Shown here one piece after another: positions 35,211-47,830 of a stretch of 52,280 nucleotides of DNA (position 1 is the stretch's first letter; the number at the start of each line of letters is the position of its first letter). The DNA lies in contig JBNGIO010006314.1 in NCBI GenBank assembly GCA_049999805.1, positions 266,173 through 318,452 of the forward strand, written 5' to 3'. The notes under the pieces are model-generated. The model made no database searches, was not told the origin of the DNA, and worked only from the letters and a program-made list of their open reading frames with translations. This DNA is from Folioceros fuciformis (lineage: Eukaryota). Both the position numbers and the translations under genes were made by a program.

Positions 35211-35432
35211 ATTCGGCATCGCCTGTCGAAACTTATCACGTCTTATAGTCTGAATTAGACAGTTTCTTCATATGGAGATAAATACCAATAACAACCGGTC
35301 CTTTCCTAATCACTATATGTGGATGTTACACCTTACCCTATATTAGGGTTCACGGAAACGATTGAGTCTTTTGCCAAACGCAGCCTCAGGCCGTCTGCCG
35401 TTTTGCCTCCTCGATTAAGGGCCTGTCCGACC

Positions 35433-36273
35433 ATGGCGGACGCTAGGGCTTGCACTGTGCGCACCCGCAAGTTCATGACCAACCGCTTGCTGGCGCGCAA
35501 GCAATTCGTGAGTGTTAATCTCTGCTTGTTTTCTGATCTCCGTCTCCCCTCCCGGTTCTGCTCTTGGCCTGAGCTTGGTGGTTGGATGTTGGCATCAGGT
35601 TATTGACGTGCTCCATCCTGGAAGGCCTAACGTCTCGAAGGTAGGTGTTTGAGCTCGGGTGAAGTCGAGAGGTTTTTGTGTGCGTGGAAACTTGTTGATT
35701 GTCGGAGCTTGCTAGCTCACTCCTCGAAGTCATGTTGTTTTTCTTCTAGGCGGAGCTTAAGGAGAAGCTAGCTAAAGTTTACGATGTGAGAGACTCACAA
35801 ACCATTTTCGTGTTCGGGTTCCGGACACAGTTCGGAGGGGGCAAGTCCACAGGCTTCGGCCTGATCTACGACAACCTGGACGCCGCCAAGAAGTACGAGC
35901 CCAAGTACCGGCTCATTAGGGTAAGGTTTCGGAATTTTGAGGATGGGTTTGCAGGGTTTCGGAATTTTTGAAGATGGTTTTGGAGGTTTTCGGACTAAGG
36001 GTCCCTCACTTTCTCCTGTGGCTGCTACGAGCAGAACGGTCTGGCAACCAAGGTGGAAAAGTCGCGGAAGCAGATGAAGGAAAGGAAGAACCGCGCCAAA
36101 AAGATTCGCGGAGTAAAGAAGGTGAGTGAGATGTTGTTGCTCCACTCCACTACTCGTGTGGAGATGTTGGCCGTTCGAAATGATGAAATTTGCCATGATC
36201 TTACTCCGTGTTGGTCTGCTTCAACCTGCAGACCAAGGCCAGCGGAGAAGCTGCCAAGGGAAAGAAGAAATGA
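35433..36273 (+). CDS. RPS24: 40S ribosomal protein S24, copy 2 (5 exons)
   Basis: Same exon structure and near-identical protein ([14 protein letters not shown]...[13 protein letters not shown]); splice sites intact. Confidence 0.96.
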
Positions 36274-37014
36274 GGTTGTTCGTGTGGACGGCGCTGCTGT
36301 CCCACGACTGGACCATGGCGCGCTTGGCGACTCTCTGTTAAACGAGTTGGGAGTGCTGTCGAGACATTATTTCACGTGTTCTATCCTGTTCCAGTTTTGA
36401 GACCGGTGTTCCTTTTTTTCGTAGTAGCTCTCCAGAGTGCGTGCGCCTTTTTGCGGCTCTGAATGGTAGTCGGCCTTGTTGTGCCGATTAGCAATTGATT
36501 CTAGTTCTGTCTGTTTTTGCCAATCTGCGTCCTGCCTATGAGGCCCTTGCAGCATCGTTCGTCTGGAATGCGTGCTTCTCCGGAAGCGAGGCTTCTGTAT
36601 CCACCACGCGACCGTTCTACGCCGAAGTAGGCTTTCTCCCAGCGGTTCCGGCGCGCAAATAGGTACATCACAGTCGGAAATCGTCGGTTACCAAAGCCAC
36701 ACCGGTCAACGGTCACAAGAGAGGCTGAAAAGATAGATACCCCTTGCATGCCTGCCTGCGTGTGTCCGGAGGAAGTTTTACGCCTTTGTGTTCAATCGCG
36801 CCGGTGGAAGTTGGTCGAACTGGCGGAGCGTGGTTGTGTGAGGGACTAAATTTGTCGGAGAGTGAGCCCTGTCGTGATCGACAATCAGTAGCCCTGGAAT
36901 GGCAAGGGGGATGGGAGCGCGGCGACGCTATTCGTGCCGGAATTGGGAGACGGAGATGGAGGGGTAGGCAGGCAGGCTCCACTTCGCTGAGGGAGTGTGA
37001 TGTGATGAGATGAG

Positions 37015-39214
37015 ATGACGTCACATGATGAAGAGCTGTGCGCGGCGCTCACAAGGATGGCCCTGGCCGGGGACGGAGTGGTCTTGGGCCTGGGGATGGC
37101 CGTGCTGGCTGTTCGAACATGGTGCAAATTCCGAAAACATTCCAAGGCTCTGAAGCAGGTGCAGGAGACCTCGGTCACGTCCATCGCGGACCTGCGGAGT
37201 TTGGCTCAGGAACAGGCGGAGGCGGCGAGCGCGGAGGCCAGCAAGGTATATCCGGCTCCGAAGTGGAGCGGGTTCTTCTCCCCCAGTGCCAGCGACCGGG
37301 GTAAAGTCCGGGAACCGTCTCTTGTGATTGTGCGGGGGAAGGTTCAGACCAAGGCGTCCGTTGAGCCGCAAGGGAAGCCTGAGGATGCGGATGCGCTTGT
37401 GGCTCAGAACGTGGGGGACAAGGCCGTGTTTGTGGAGCGCACGCAGACGGTAGCTTACTTGATTTTGTAGCGTGGTGGCATTTTCTGCATGCGTGCGTGT
37501 CTCTTCTCTTGCGTGAGACGTGAGCTGGATAGGAGTTGCTAGCGTTGCTCATGATAGTTGCGATGTTTTTGCTGTTAATCAGTATGTGCACACTGAGATG
37601 TACACCTTATTGGGATGGATAACACAAAGGGACTTGGTGACTTTCACTCAGAACATGGTACGCTGACGCAAAGCTCTAACCTCTTTCCTTTGTCTGCTTC
37701 TTGCTCTGTCCGTCTCTTTTTCAGTGTCTGTACAATGAGTGGAGGGGTATTTTTGGTTGGTCCGAATGGACCAACCTGTTGGGATGGGGTCCGTTCAAGG
37801 AGCAAGTCACTATCTCGAGAAGGAAGGTATGGCAGCAGGAATTCTTAAGGTTTTTGCTTAGGTCCTTGCTGGAAAGACTCGAATTTTAAGTATCGCTAGG
37901 GTTCGGGTCCTCAGATATGGCAAGTGCAGGGCTCCATTTTGCTGGGCTCGAAATTTGGTTGATGCTAGGCTGGCTTTTCATCCCACTCAAGGGATGGTCC
38001 TTTGCTAAGACGTGGATTGCCAGCCTTCTCGTTCTCGCATACTTCAGGTGTCTAGGGGCTGTACATGACGTGGAGCCCTTTCTTTTGACGACTTCTCACG
38101 TTGCTGTGGTGGTTTGTCAGGTACCCTTTGTGTTGGTAGAGCAGGGATTACATCTGTCGGCCGAGGGGAAATCAAAGATGCCTTTATTTGTGCATGTTGA
38201 CCTCAATGATTCAAGGCATTCTTTGCCTCTTGTAACAGTGTACCACCAACTCCACCCTGTGCCCGCTTCCTCCTACACCTTCTTGCAGGCCATGTTTGGG
38301 CGAAGATATCCGGTACGTATAACTCCGGGAGTTTGCTAAGGCTGACATTTTCGTCACTCTCCAGATCATTGCCGTATTAAATCCTGTTCATCTTTGACGT
38401 TCTTATGCCTACTTTGGAGACACAGGTTGGTCTTTTAGATGAGGAAAAAATAGTTCCTGTTGGCAAAGAGATCACAGCAGTTGGTTTCCTTGCCCTAAGT
38501 TCGGATGGTAGCCCAGTGATCAAGTCATGCAAAAGGCTACCCTGTTTCCTGTAAGATCCTCCTGTCAAACTGATGCCTACCTTTCGTACCCACCCAAGTA
38601 TCAAACATAGCGATTGATGTCTGCTACGTGTAGAGTTCCTTTCGTAGGTCCTCACATGTGCTTTTTGAACTTTGTGCGGTTTGCAGAACCGAGTATACAC
38701 GAGATCAGCTTGTGACTGAACTAGCAAGCGGCTCAAGAATTTTGCTTTGGACTGGTATTGTGGTTACCACAATAGCAGCCGGTGTTCTGGGCTACGCTTT
38801 GATCAAGTATGTGTGGATGTGTCATGCTTCACAGATTTGCTTTTGGATCTATTGGACTCTCCTTCCCGAGTCAGTACTTGCACATAACAAGGAGGCAGAG
38901 TCATTTTTAATACATCTAAGTTTTGCAGGAACTTTGTCAAATGGAAAGCACGGAGACAGATGAGACAGCGGCAGGATGAAGAAAGCAGGCAGGAAAGGTT
39001 GCTAGTTGAGGAAGAGCATGAAGATATTGCTGATGTGCCAGATGGGCAGCTCTGTGTTGTTTGTTTGCTGCGGAGGAGAAGGGCAGCATTCATCCAGTGT
39101 GGTCACAGGGTTTGCTGTGGGACTTGTGCCCAAAGAGTTGAGCAAGGGGCGAACCCAAGGTGCCCTGTATGCAGGCAGAATGTGATCGGCACCATACGCG
39201 TGTATGATGGCTAG
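37015..39214 (+). CDS. SPL2: SP1/MUL1-family E3 ubiquitin ligase, SPL2-like (N-terminal TM, GIDE domain, TM, C3HC4 RING); multi-exon
   Basis: MALAGDGVVLGLGMAVLAV TM; CLYNEWRGIFGW; LPLVTVYHQLHPV; YPVGLLDEEKI; DVPDGQLCVVCLLRRRRAAFIQCGHRVCC..CA...CPVCRQ. Confidence 0.88.
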
Positions 39215-39717
39215 CGACCTGTACTCCCGTGATTGTGACTGTGCGGGCGTATGCAGCAGTTCTGTGCACCACTGAGGATTACAGCTCAAGCAAGGACCGG
39301 GTTCCCCAGCATATCAGAGGTGTGGGTTCCATGAAGATGCAAAGTAGGATCTCGACAAGGCTGGGATTCACACTGCCAGAACTGTTGGAGCTTACGGGCG
39401 TGTGGATGAGAAACAAGCTTACATCTCTCAGGTACACAATGCGATACAGGTTCACAAGAAATTTTGGAATTCAAAGCTGGTGAGGTGGACCACCTGACGG
39501 CTTTACTTTCTCTAATATGCATGAAAAAAACTGTAAGATATTGTGCGGAACGGTGTACAGGCAGGCCGGCTTCGAGAAAACAAAGCAAATGCGGACGTGA
39601 CAAACGAGCGTGGCGACTGGGATCTGCATCGTGCCAAACCTGGCCAAGCCGACGTTGATTCGTTAAGTTAGGCTCAATAGTACGATACGTATTTTCGCAA
39701 CAAAAAGCGTTTGGCCA

Positions 39718-42367
39718 TCAAATTTTTACAATTGCCACTTTCGTCCGCCTTGTGGGAGGTTCAACTCCTGTAGAAGGCAGCAGTAGAATCTCTGCAAAAG
39801 TCCCGCCATTTATCCCTTTGGCAAGGCGGCCAGGATTTACTGACAGGCAGGAGGCGTCACGTGTAGCGTCACCTGAGTCTGAAGTCCGGTCGAGTGGAGA
39901 AAAAACCTTCACACACGTAGCAAGCCGCTGAGTAACCGGTATCTGTCTCAAACACGAAGACACGCAGTTCTTGACAGATATCGAAGACGGCCTACCTTAG
40001 CAAAGGGATTGAGGTCTGACGGCAAAAACAAAATGTCGGGATTGCAAGGCAAATCCAGTGAGCCCGGAGCGAGTGAAAAATCCACCACTGTGCCGATGGC
40101 TGGAGGATAGAGAGGATAGAAACTGCAGACGGCCATTCCGCGCCTCAACGCCATGGCCACCACAACCAAACCATGCTTCAAGCAGCGGGTGTGGCGTACA
40201 AAGATGCTCACCTTCGCTGCCCGATGATGTGGTTGCTTAGCCTCGTCATGCGGTCGCTTCCGGTGCCGGGGGCCACTCTTGAAATTTCTTCGCTGCTCAG
40301 GTGACGGAGGATGTCGAGGGTACAGCACCCGATGTTTAGCTGCGAGATGTTTCTCCTTGTTAGTCAGAATCCAGCTTCGGCTACATGTCTGCACATTCGC
40401 AGTGGAGGATATGCTCGTTCTACCTCATTGCAGCGGAACACCACAGGGTTGGCAAAGAATGACATCTGCAAGATCACAACATTTGCAGAACCGTTAGGTC
40501 ATGAACTGAGTACGGCCAAGTTCCTTAGCTGTTTGCAAGAAGTTCAGTGAACTTACCAGCTTGTGCGGGTCCTCAAAATCATCAGCATTAAACGGAGGCT
40601 GCACGACAAAACGCTCCTGGTTTAGAATGAGTGCGAACACAAGCAATGGTGATTGCGAGAAATGCAGCATAATTCACCTGAGGGAACACAGATACATGGT
40701 GTGAATCTCGTGAAGAGGGCACCAAAGCAACCCGTGCCCCAGCTCCCATGTCCTCGCAGTAACTCTCTATCTGCCATTCTGACGTCATGTCGTGTTCAGA
40801 TTGCGAACGAAAAGCTGTAGAAGTGGTCTAGTCCATTTGGATACCAACTTGCTGGGAGGTCCAGACAGAGGTCAGTTGAAGCTGACCCGAGATCGCACTT
40901 CTTCATCAAATATGCGCTTGAACGTTTTGGTCGCCAGACCACTCTTGATCGAAGGATGCTCTGAGTCTACAAAGGGACCCATCTGTGAAGGGGAAGGAAC
41001 GACCCTGCTTCAGGACCTCACACAGCAAGATACATAAGAAGTTCTAGATTGAAGAAAAAGTTGGTGCAGTACAAACCAGCAGCAGGAGGTTGGGCCGCTT
41101 CTTTACAGCGTAGCCGAGGAGCTCCACGAGAGGTTCGAAAGCCAGATTGTCAGAGGTTGTGAAAGGGCCAGCGGCAGCCACCTTGCAATGTGCCACCCAC
41201 AGCACTGTTAGATGTTGTGAGCAGGATCAAGCATCCAGACTCGTTGAACTGAAGACCACATACTGACAATGGTCAGTGCACTTGGGCTCCCGAGTGCTGC
41301 AGGTTGCTTCCATAAGGGGCTGCTGGAGGCCTGTCGTTTGGCAGCAGGGCCACCGTCCTCGTCTACCTCCAGCCTTGGGCATGGCAGAGAATCGAAAATG
41401 CGGGAAGCAACGAGGCAGTGCCCGCTTGGATTATGGCCCTCCACGGCAATCACCTGGCAGACACATGTTACACCGCAATAGTACAAACCTATGTGGATCG
41501 GGATGGCAATGCATACGACATGAAGAAACGGGCTGGCACAGACCTGGCCAGGGAAGAGGGAAAATTGTGGGATGTTTCGGAGATCAAGACGAACCCTCTG
41601 ACCTCCAGAATACTCAACGCTGCCACCATGAACAGTTCCTACTTCAGACCAAAACCAAGTTCATGATTCCCTGACTCATCGGGTACTTCAATTCTCACCT
41701 CCCTTCCAGCACAACCGAGTTCTCGCTCAAAGCATCTTCCCCGTCACTGCACACTCTGCCCACGACACACACGGGCTCCTGCATCAATCAAGGCTCCAGA
41801 GGTCAGCGACTCAAATTGCATCAGGCAACAATGTGGGCAGCTCGATTGGAATAGATGGTCTCCATTGCACCTGAGAAGCGAGTGCGGCATGATGCGAGGC
41901 GGTAACGTTCTCCACCTCCGCCAGATGCCTTGCGAAATTTCGTGTCCTGCGTTCCAGAGCACGCCACTGAAACAACAATGCCACTGTCAGACATCTCTGT
42001 CTGCTCCCACCCACCATTCTAGCCCAATTCGACGAGTTACCCTGTCCTCGATGCGGTCCCTCATGTACCGACAGAGCGGGTCCGGCCCCGAGCTCAGCAC
42101 CTCGATCTCGCACCTAGGGATGGGAGGCAATCTCCTCACGACACCACCATCTGGGTGGTCAGGTTCGGGATCAGGGTTGCCCTCTGCGTCCAGCCGCAGG
42201 TGGGCATTGAAGCAAAACTGTGCCACGAACTTGGTGGCCCGGCTGTAGAACGGGGAGATCGGGCTGTAGCTGGATTTGACGCGCCTGGGGCCGTCCAGAG
42301 AGGGCCCGGCTCTCAACGAGGAGGGGGTCTGGGGGAGAGCTGCTCCTTCCACCTCCATATCCGCCAT
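39718..42367 (-). CDS. POLA2: DNA polymerase alpha subunit B; multi-exon
   Basis: RYMRDRIEDR; QVIAVEGHNPSGHCLVAS; MGPFVDSEHP; LVPSSRDSHH..VFPQ; SFYPLYPP; PDILFLPSDL.PFAK; VNPGRLAKG..GGTF. Start at 42367 is tentative. Confidence 0.9.
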
Positions 42368-42596
42368 CACGCGCTGGAACAGGCCCCGGAAATGTGTCAC
42401 ATTCTGTAGAAGGAAAAGCGTGCTCGCATTTCCGGCCGAGCGCGGGAAGGCTGGAAGGCGGGAACCAGGCTGCTTGCGGCGACCCTGGTTTAGGATCTGG
42501 GTTGAGAGTTGGGTTCGAGGCGTCGGAGTCGAGGGACAGGGAAGAACTACTGATTGTACTTAGTTTATCGCGACGCTGAGGCTGCATGGTATCGGG

Positions 42597-44027
42597 ATGA
42601 AGTGTTGCAGGTCGAGATTTGCAGGATTGCTGAGATCGACAGGATGGAGGGTTGCGCAGGTGCAAGTGCGGGGTTACTCACAGAAGAGGCACAAGCCCAC
42701 ACTGATGGGTCCCATGGAGTGGATCAAGGCTGACAGGCAGAGGTGGCGGCCAGACCAGTCGTTCGACGCAGTGATCAAGAGGGAAGAGGAGCTGGACCAC
42801 CTCTTATTCATGAAGGACATTCTGGCCAACACACCTGGGATGCAGATGGGTCTGCAGTACTTGAGGATCCACAGATGGGACATAGGTTTGATGGGCAACA
42901 GTGCCTCAGCCTGGTTGGGTAGATACCCTACCATGTTTCAGGTAGGGGGGTATACTGGAATATCTTGCGGTTGGCTGGGCAAATACCCTACCATCTTCCA
43001 GGTAGGGAGGCATGCTGTAGTGCTGCCCAGGTGGTTTGTGTGGGTGGCTACCTTTTTGAGTGTGTGTATGCTGCTGCTGTGTGTGTAGGTGAATCAGAAG
43101 GAGTCTCCTGCGGCGTGGTTTGAGTTCACTCCGGAGGCTAGGGAGCAGGTGGCAAGGGAGAAGCAGTTTTGGATCGAGAATGAGGGCCTGCTGGTAAACA
43201 AGGTGCGGAAGCTGCTCATGATGGCACCTGGTAGGCGCCTGTCTCTGGATGTCATTGGGCATTTGAAGAAGCCAATTGGCCTGCCTGAGGATTTCAGGAC
43301 CAGGCTTGTGCACAAGCATCCTGAGTTCTTCAAGGTTGTTGAGGAGGGTGGTGAGACTCTGGAGCTCACGCATTGGGACCCGGAATTGGCTGTGAATTCC
43401 TTCTATGAGATGACCCTGGCTAGAGCAGCACCTGCAAGCAAGGATGGGAGGGATCAAAAGCCTAAGGATTGGATGCACTGGATGTCCTTTGATAAGAAGA
43501 AGAGCAACCTGAATAGGAAACAGGTCCTGGGCATTGTCAAATTCCACCAGGCTCCATTTGTGTCTCCATACGATGAGAAAGCACAGGACCTGGATCCACA
43601 ATCTGTGGAAGCCGAGAGGCATGCGGTGGCTGTGCTGTACGAGCTGCTCAGCCTGACTTTGCGGAAAAGGATTCTGGTGGATCGCTTGTCTCATTTCAGA
43701 AAAATCTCGCGCCACTACAAGTCGACTAGGTCACTTTGTATCCAACATCCTGAGCTCTTCTATATTTCGCTGAAGAGATTGCGGGAGACGGCTTTCCTTA
43801 AGGAGGCTTACAGGAACTCCCAGCTCATCGTGGAGGACCCTTTCCTATCAGCCCAAGCGTGGGTTAGGACATTCATGGAAGACGGAAGGAAGTTCGTGCA
43901 ACCTAGAGTTAAAAAGAAGAAGAAAGTAGAAGTAGTCATCCCTGAAGGCGAGGGGGGAACTGAAGATGCCGAGTCCGAGGAGGACGGTGATGACGGTCCT
44001 TTTGACAAGGATGCTTATGCAATCTAG
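42597..44027 (+). CDS. PORR-domain protein PORR2 (exons 42597-42941, 43089-44027)
   Basis: Paralog of PORR1: KVRKLLMM...HLKKPIGLPEDF...HPEFF; WDPELAV; PFVSPY; ERHAVAVLYELLSLT; HPELFYIS. Arg-rich presequence-like N-terminus; 147-nt GT-AG intron. Confidence 0.9.
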
Positions 44028-44383
44028 AGTCATAGTCTTAGCTTCCATTGCAGGCAGCTTTCTACAGCGTCTCATTACGAACGGCTCCCAGGTAAACCCA
44101 CGACCTTCAATCCTGGTACACCTGGTGTGGCTTTTGTACTTCTTCCTGTATGTAGAATATGCTTCAATGGGATGTTTCCTGTGCCATCGTGCCGAGCAAC
44201 TAACACCTGAACCCCCATGTTAAACCTCCGATCTCCAAGTTCCGTGAACCAGCAAGGCACTGCTTCTCACCATGATGTTGCACAACAACCGAAGTTCACG
44301 GCTCTATTTCTCTGGAAGGAAACAGCAATTATGCTTTGTGCTCCAAAAACGGGAATGTGCGATCCATTGGCCACTGATATGTT

Positions 44384-47300
44384 TCACATGGATCTTAAAT
44401 ATGTCACTTGCGGATCAGAATTGCTAATTACACGATGCAAGCTATCCAGCGATGCGTAGATGTCCTTTCTGTCGGAGTGGTGCATGTCCTCTGCAGCAAA
44501 ATTGTGCACTTGATTATTGATCTCAATCCAAGTACGGCCAGGTTCCTTTTGCAGACCCATCTTCTGCATTATTTCTCTGGTTTCTGCCATGTCTTCCAAC
44601 CTACCGGCTGCAGCGTATATGTTTGACATCAGAACGTACGCTGCTGACCGTCGGGGGTCGAGTTCCAACAGGGATTCGAAGGCACGCCTTCCTAGCTCCA
44701 CATTACAGTGTTTACGGCAAGCTCCAAGCAAGGATAGCCAAACAACTGCATCCGGTTCGCAAGGCATGGTGTTGATCAGGTCCACTGCTTCTTGGAGTGA
44801 CCCAGCTCGGCCGAGAAGGTCGACCATGCAGGCATAGTGATCCATGCCAGGCCTTACGTCATGTTCTTCAAACATGGATCTGAATAGTCGGTCTCCCTCA
44901 TGCAGTAACCCAGCGCGGCTACAAGCAGAGAGCAGAGATACAAAAGTTGCATCATCCGGCTCCATACCTGCCCGAAGCATCTGCTCAAAAGTGTGCAGAG
45001 CTTCTGGTCCTCTGCCATGCTGAGCATATCCATTGATCATAGCATTCCATGTTGCTTGGCTTTTGGTTTTCAATCTGTCAAAGACCTCCCGAGCCTCGTG
45101 GACGCTCCCACTTTTAGCATACATGTCTATTAGGGTGTTCCCCACAAACTCATCTGCGTCCAAACCATGTTCCCGGGCGTGGCCATGTAACAATCTGCCT
45201 TGATCTAAGGACACTAAACTCGAACAGGCTTTCAGAATGCTAACAAAAGTCACACGGTCTGGCTGTATGCCCTCTTTCAGCATCCTCTGGAACAATTTGA
45301 CCGCCTGCTGACCGTCACCATGACGGACATACCCCGTGAGGAGTGATGTCCACGACACCAGATCTCTGGTTGCTAGCTTGTCAAAAACTTGACGAGCGTC
45401 CCCAAGGTAACCACATCTCGCATAGAAGTCAACCAAGCTGTTGCCAACCACTAAGTTGTTCTCCAGGCCACTGGCAATGATGAGTGCATGAATAGCCTTG
45501 ACCTGATCCAGAGCTGCACTGACTGAGAGAGCTTTCAGGATGATAACGAAAGATACCTCATCCGGTTGCATCCCGTGCTGTTGCAGACTTTGGAAAATCT
45601 GAAGTGCTTGGTATGTATCTCCATTCTGGGCATATCCTGCGATCATAGCATTCCATGACACCATGTTCTTCATGGGAAGTCCATCAAACACTCGTCTTGC
45701 GTCTGCAACCCTGCCACACTTGGAATACATGTCGATGAGGGTGCTGCCGACGAATAGATCTGACTGTAAGCCTCCTTCACTGACAATGCTGTGGATAACC
45801 TTGCCTTGATCCAGTGCGCCTGTGCCTGCACAAGCCTTCAAGATGCTGACAAAGGTCACTACGTCTGGCTCAACACCCATCTGTTGCATGCTATTGAATA
45901 ATTGCAGGGCTTCGTCACCATGTTCATGCTGGGCATATGAGCTTATCATTGTATTCCACAATACAAGGTCTCGTGCTGGACAGTTATCAAAAACTCTACG
46001 AGCCTCACCCAGACTCCCACATCTAGCATACATGCTGATGACAGAGCTAGCGACCTTCACATCTGCTTCAAACCCACTTTCCTTGATCTTGGCATGCAAA
46101 AGCTTGCCTTCATTCAAAGCTGCAGGGCTTGAAAACGCTTGCAGAACACTGAGATAAGTAACTTTATTTGGAGTCATGCCATGCTGCTCCATTTTGCAAA
46201 ACAGGTGTACAGCCTCTGCAGCATTGCCATGATGTGAATATCCTGCAATTATCGCAGTCCATGACACCAAGTCCTTTTCTGCTAATTTGTTGAACACTTT
46301 GCGCGCCTCCTTTAGATCCCCTGCTTTAGCATACATGTCAATGAGGGCACTGCCAACAAACATATTGGCCTCCAGCCCAATCTCCTTGGCATGGCCATGA
46401 ATGAGTATCCCCTCTTTAAGTGCTCCTACTGAGGCACAGGCTTTAAGGACTGCAGCAAATACATAGTCATTTGGTCTACTGCCTGACTCTTGCATCTTGA
46501 AATACAGCTCAATAGCCCTCCCACTTTGCCCATGCTTAGCATTTGCGGAGATGATTGCAGCCCATACAAATGCATCTGGTGTAAGAAGTCTGCTGAATAC
46601 TGTGTTTGCTTCCGCCAGACAGCCGAATGAAGCAAACATTCGAATAAGATGGTTGCCCAAAAAGACATTTGCCTCCAAACGACACTGGGATATCAGAGCA
46701 TAAACTTCCCTGCCACCTGCCAGGTCTTTTCTGTCAGTACATTGCTGCAGAAGAAGGTGTAACAGATTGGTAGGGATCTTCATCCCAGACTGGTGTAGAG
46801 CATTAAATTCATGGAGAGCATGTTTCACACGTCCCTCCTGACACAGCTTGCAGAGCCTTCCAAAGGACACCAGGGACGCGACTTCCCTGGATTCCCCTTC
46901 GCTTCCCTCGCTGCATGCAAAATATCGAGATTAATTCCAAGGAAGATAACAATGCATGCTAGAAGATCACCAAAACCAGACACTGTGAAAGCTGACTCCA
47001 GCATACCACCTGCTGTTTCTCATTTCTCGACGTGTAGTGTGTACCCCGGCCTGCACTGCCTGCACGGGCTTCGGTGCAGTAGAGTCTGGATGATATGCAG
47101 TCAATGCTTCAATCCTAGCATCTACCCAAGGAGGGTTGAGCTCACTGTCAATCCACAAAGCCTCCTCCGTTATCTTGTGCACAAAATCTGGGGACTTCTT
47201 TCTTCTCTGTAACACCCAGACATCTGTAACATCCAACTATTTGTAATGCACAGCGATGCTACAGCTAGCTCAACCCACATTCACACCACTTGATAAACAA

Positions 47301-47710
47301 TCACGATAGCAGTCACTGGAATGACGTACTTTGCTGAGCCTGTTGTCAGACCACTGTTTAGGATCTTCAAAGAACTTCCGCCATAACTTGGCCAACTTGG
47401 ATCCACTCGTCTCATCTGCCCCACCGAGGCGTTAGAGACATCTGGAAAGCGGTGCAGTCCGATAAAATGACGACCCAAGCTTACCTTCTCTTCTCCCGCT
47501 CCTGGTGCCATTCTCGCGAGTCCGTAGACCCTGAGATGCAATTTTCCCACTTAATAATCTCCTGCAGTGATCCAGCGGAAACGCCCAAGAGAGGCAGAAT
47601 TTCCGCACACCCCATGCTGCTTCGGGAATTGCCGACGCTCCCCTGCATTCCACGGCTGATGCCTGGCCCGGCCCAACAAGACTCCTCCCCAGAGCTGCAG
47701 CTCGTTTCAT
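44384..47710 (-). CDS. PLS-class PPR protein (PPR3; ~6 PLS triplets, E1/E2/E+) with spliced N-terminal presequence and OSB-type PDF motif; exons 47710-47485, 47415-47330, 47206-47010 (or -47007), 46910-44384
   Basis: The 828-aa PPR ORF has no ATG at its 5' end and is preceded by a TTTTGCATGCAG acceptor. Three upstream exons join in frame (phases 1, 0, 2) to give about 1011 aa, including LWRKFFEDPKQWSDNRLSK|RRKKSPDFVHKITEEALWIDSELNPPWV. Confidence 0.85.
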
Positions 47711-47830
47711 CGCTGCTACCCATCCCCTAGCGAAATCAACCGGATGGTTTAAGCCGTCCTCTCAGTCCGACTCTGGTCCAACTGAATTAAGCTTATTTTT
47801 CTGACGGGTCGTTTCACACGGGGCAGCAGC

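Noticed and set aside
39948-41486. First read as a tRNA deaminase-like gene beside the PPR/PORR genes
   Set aside because: The motifs (EGHNPSG, GPFVDSEHP, SFYPLYPP, NPGRL) identify POLA2.
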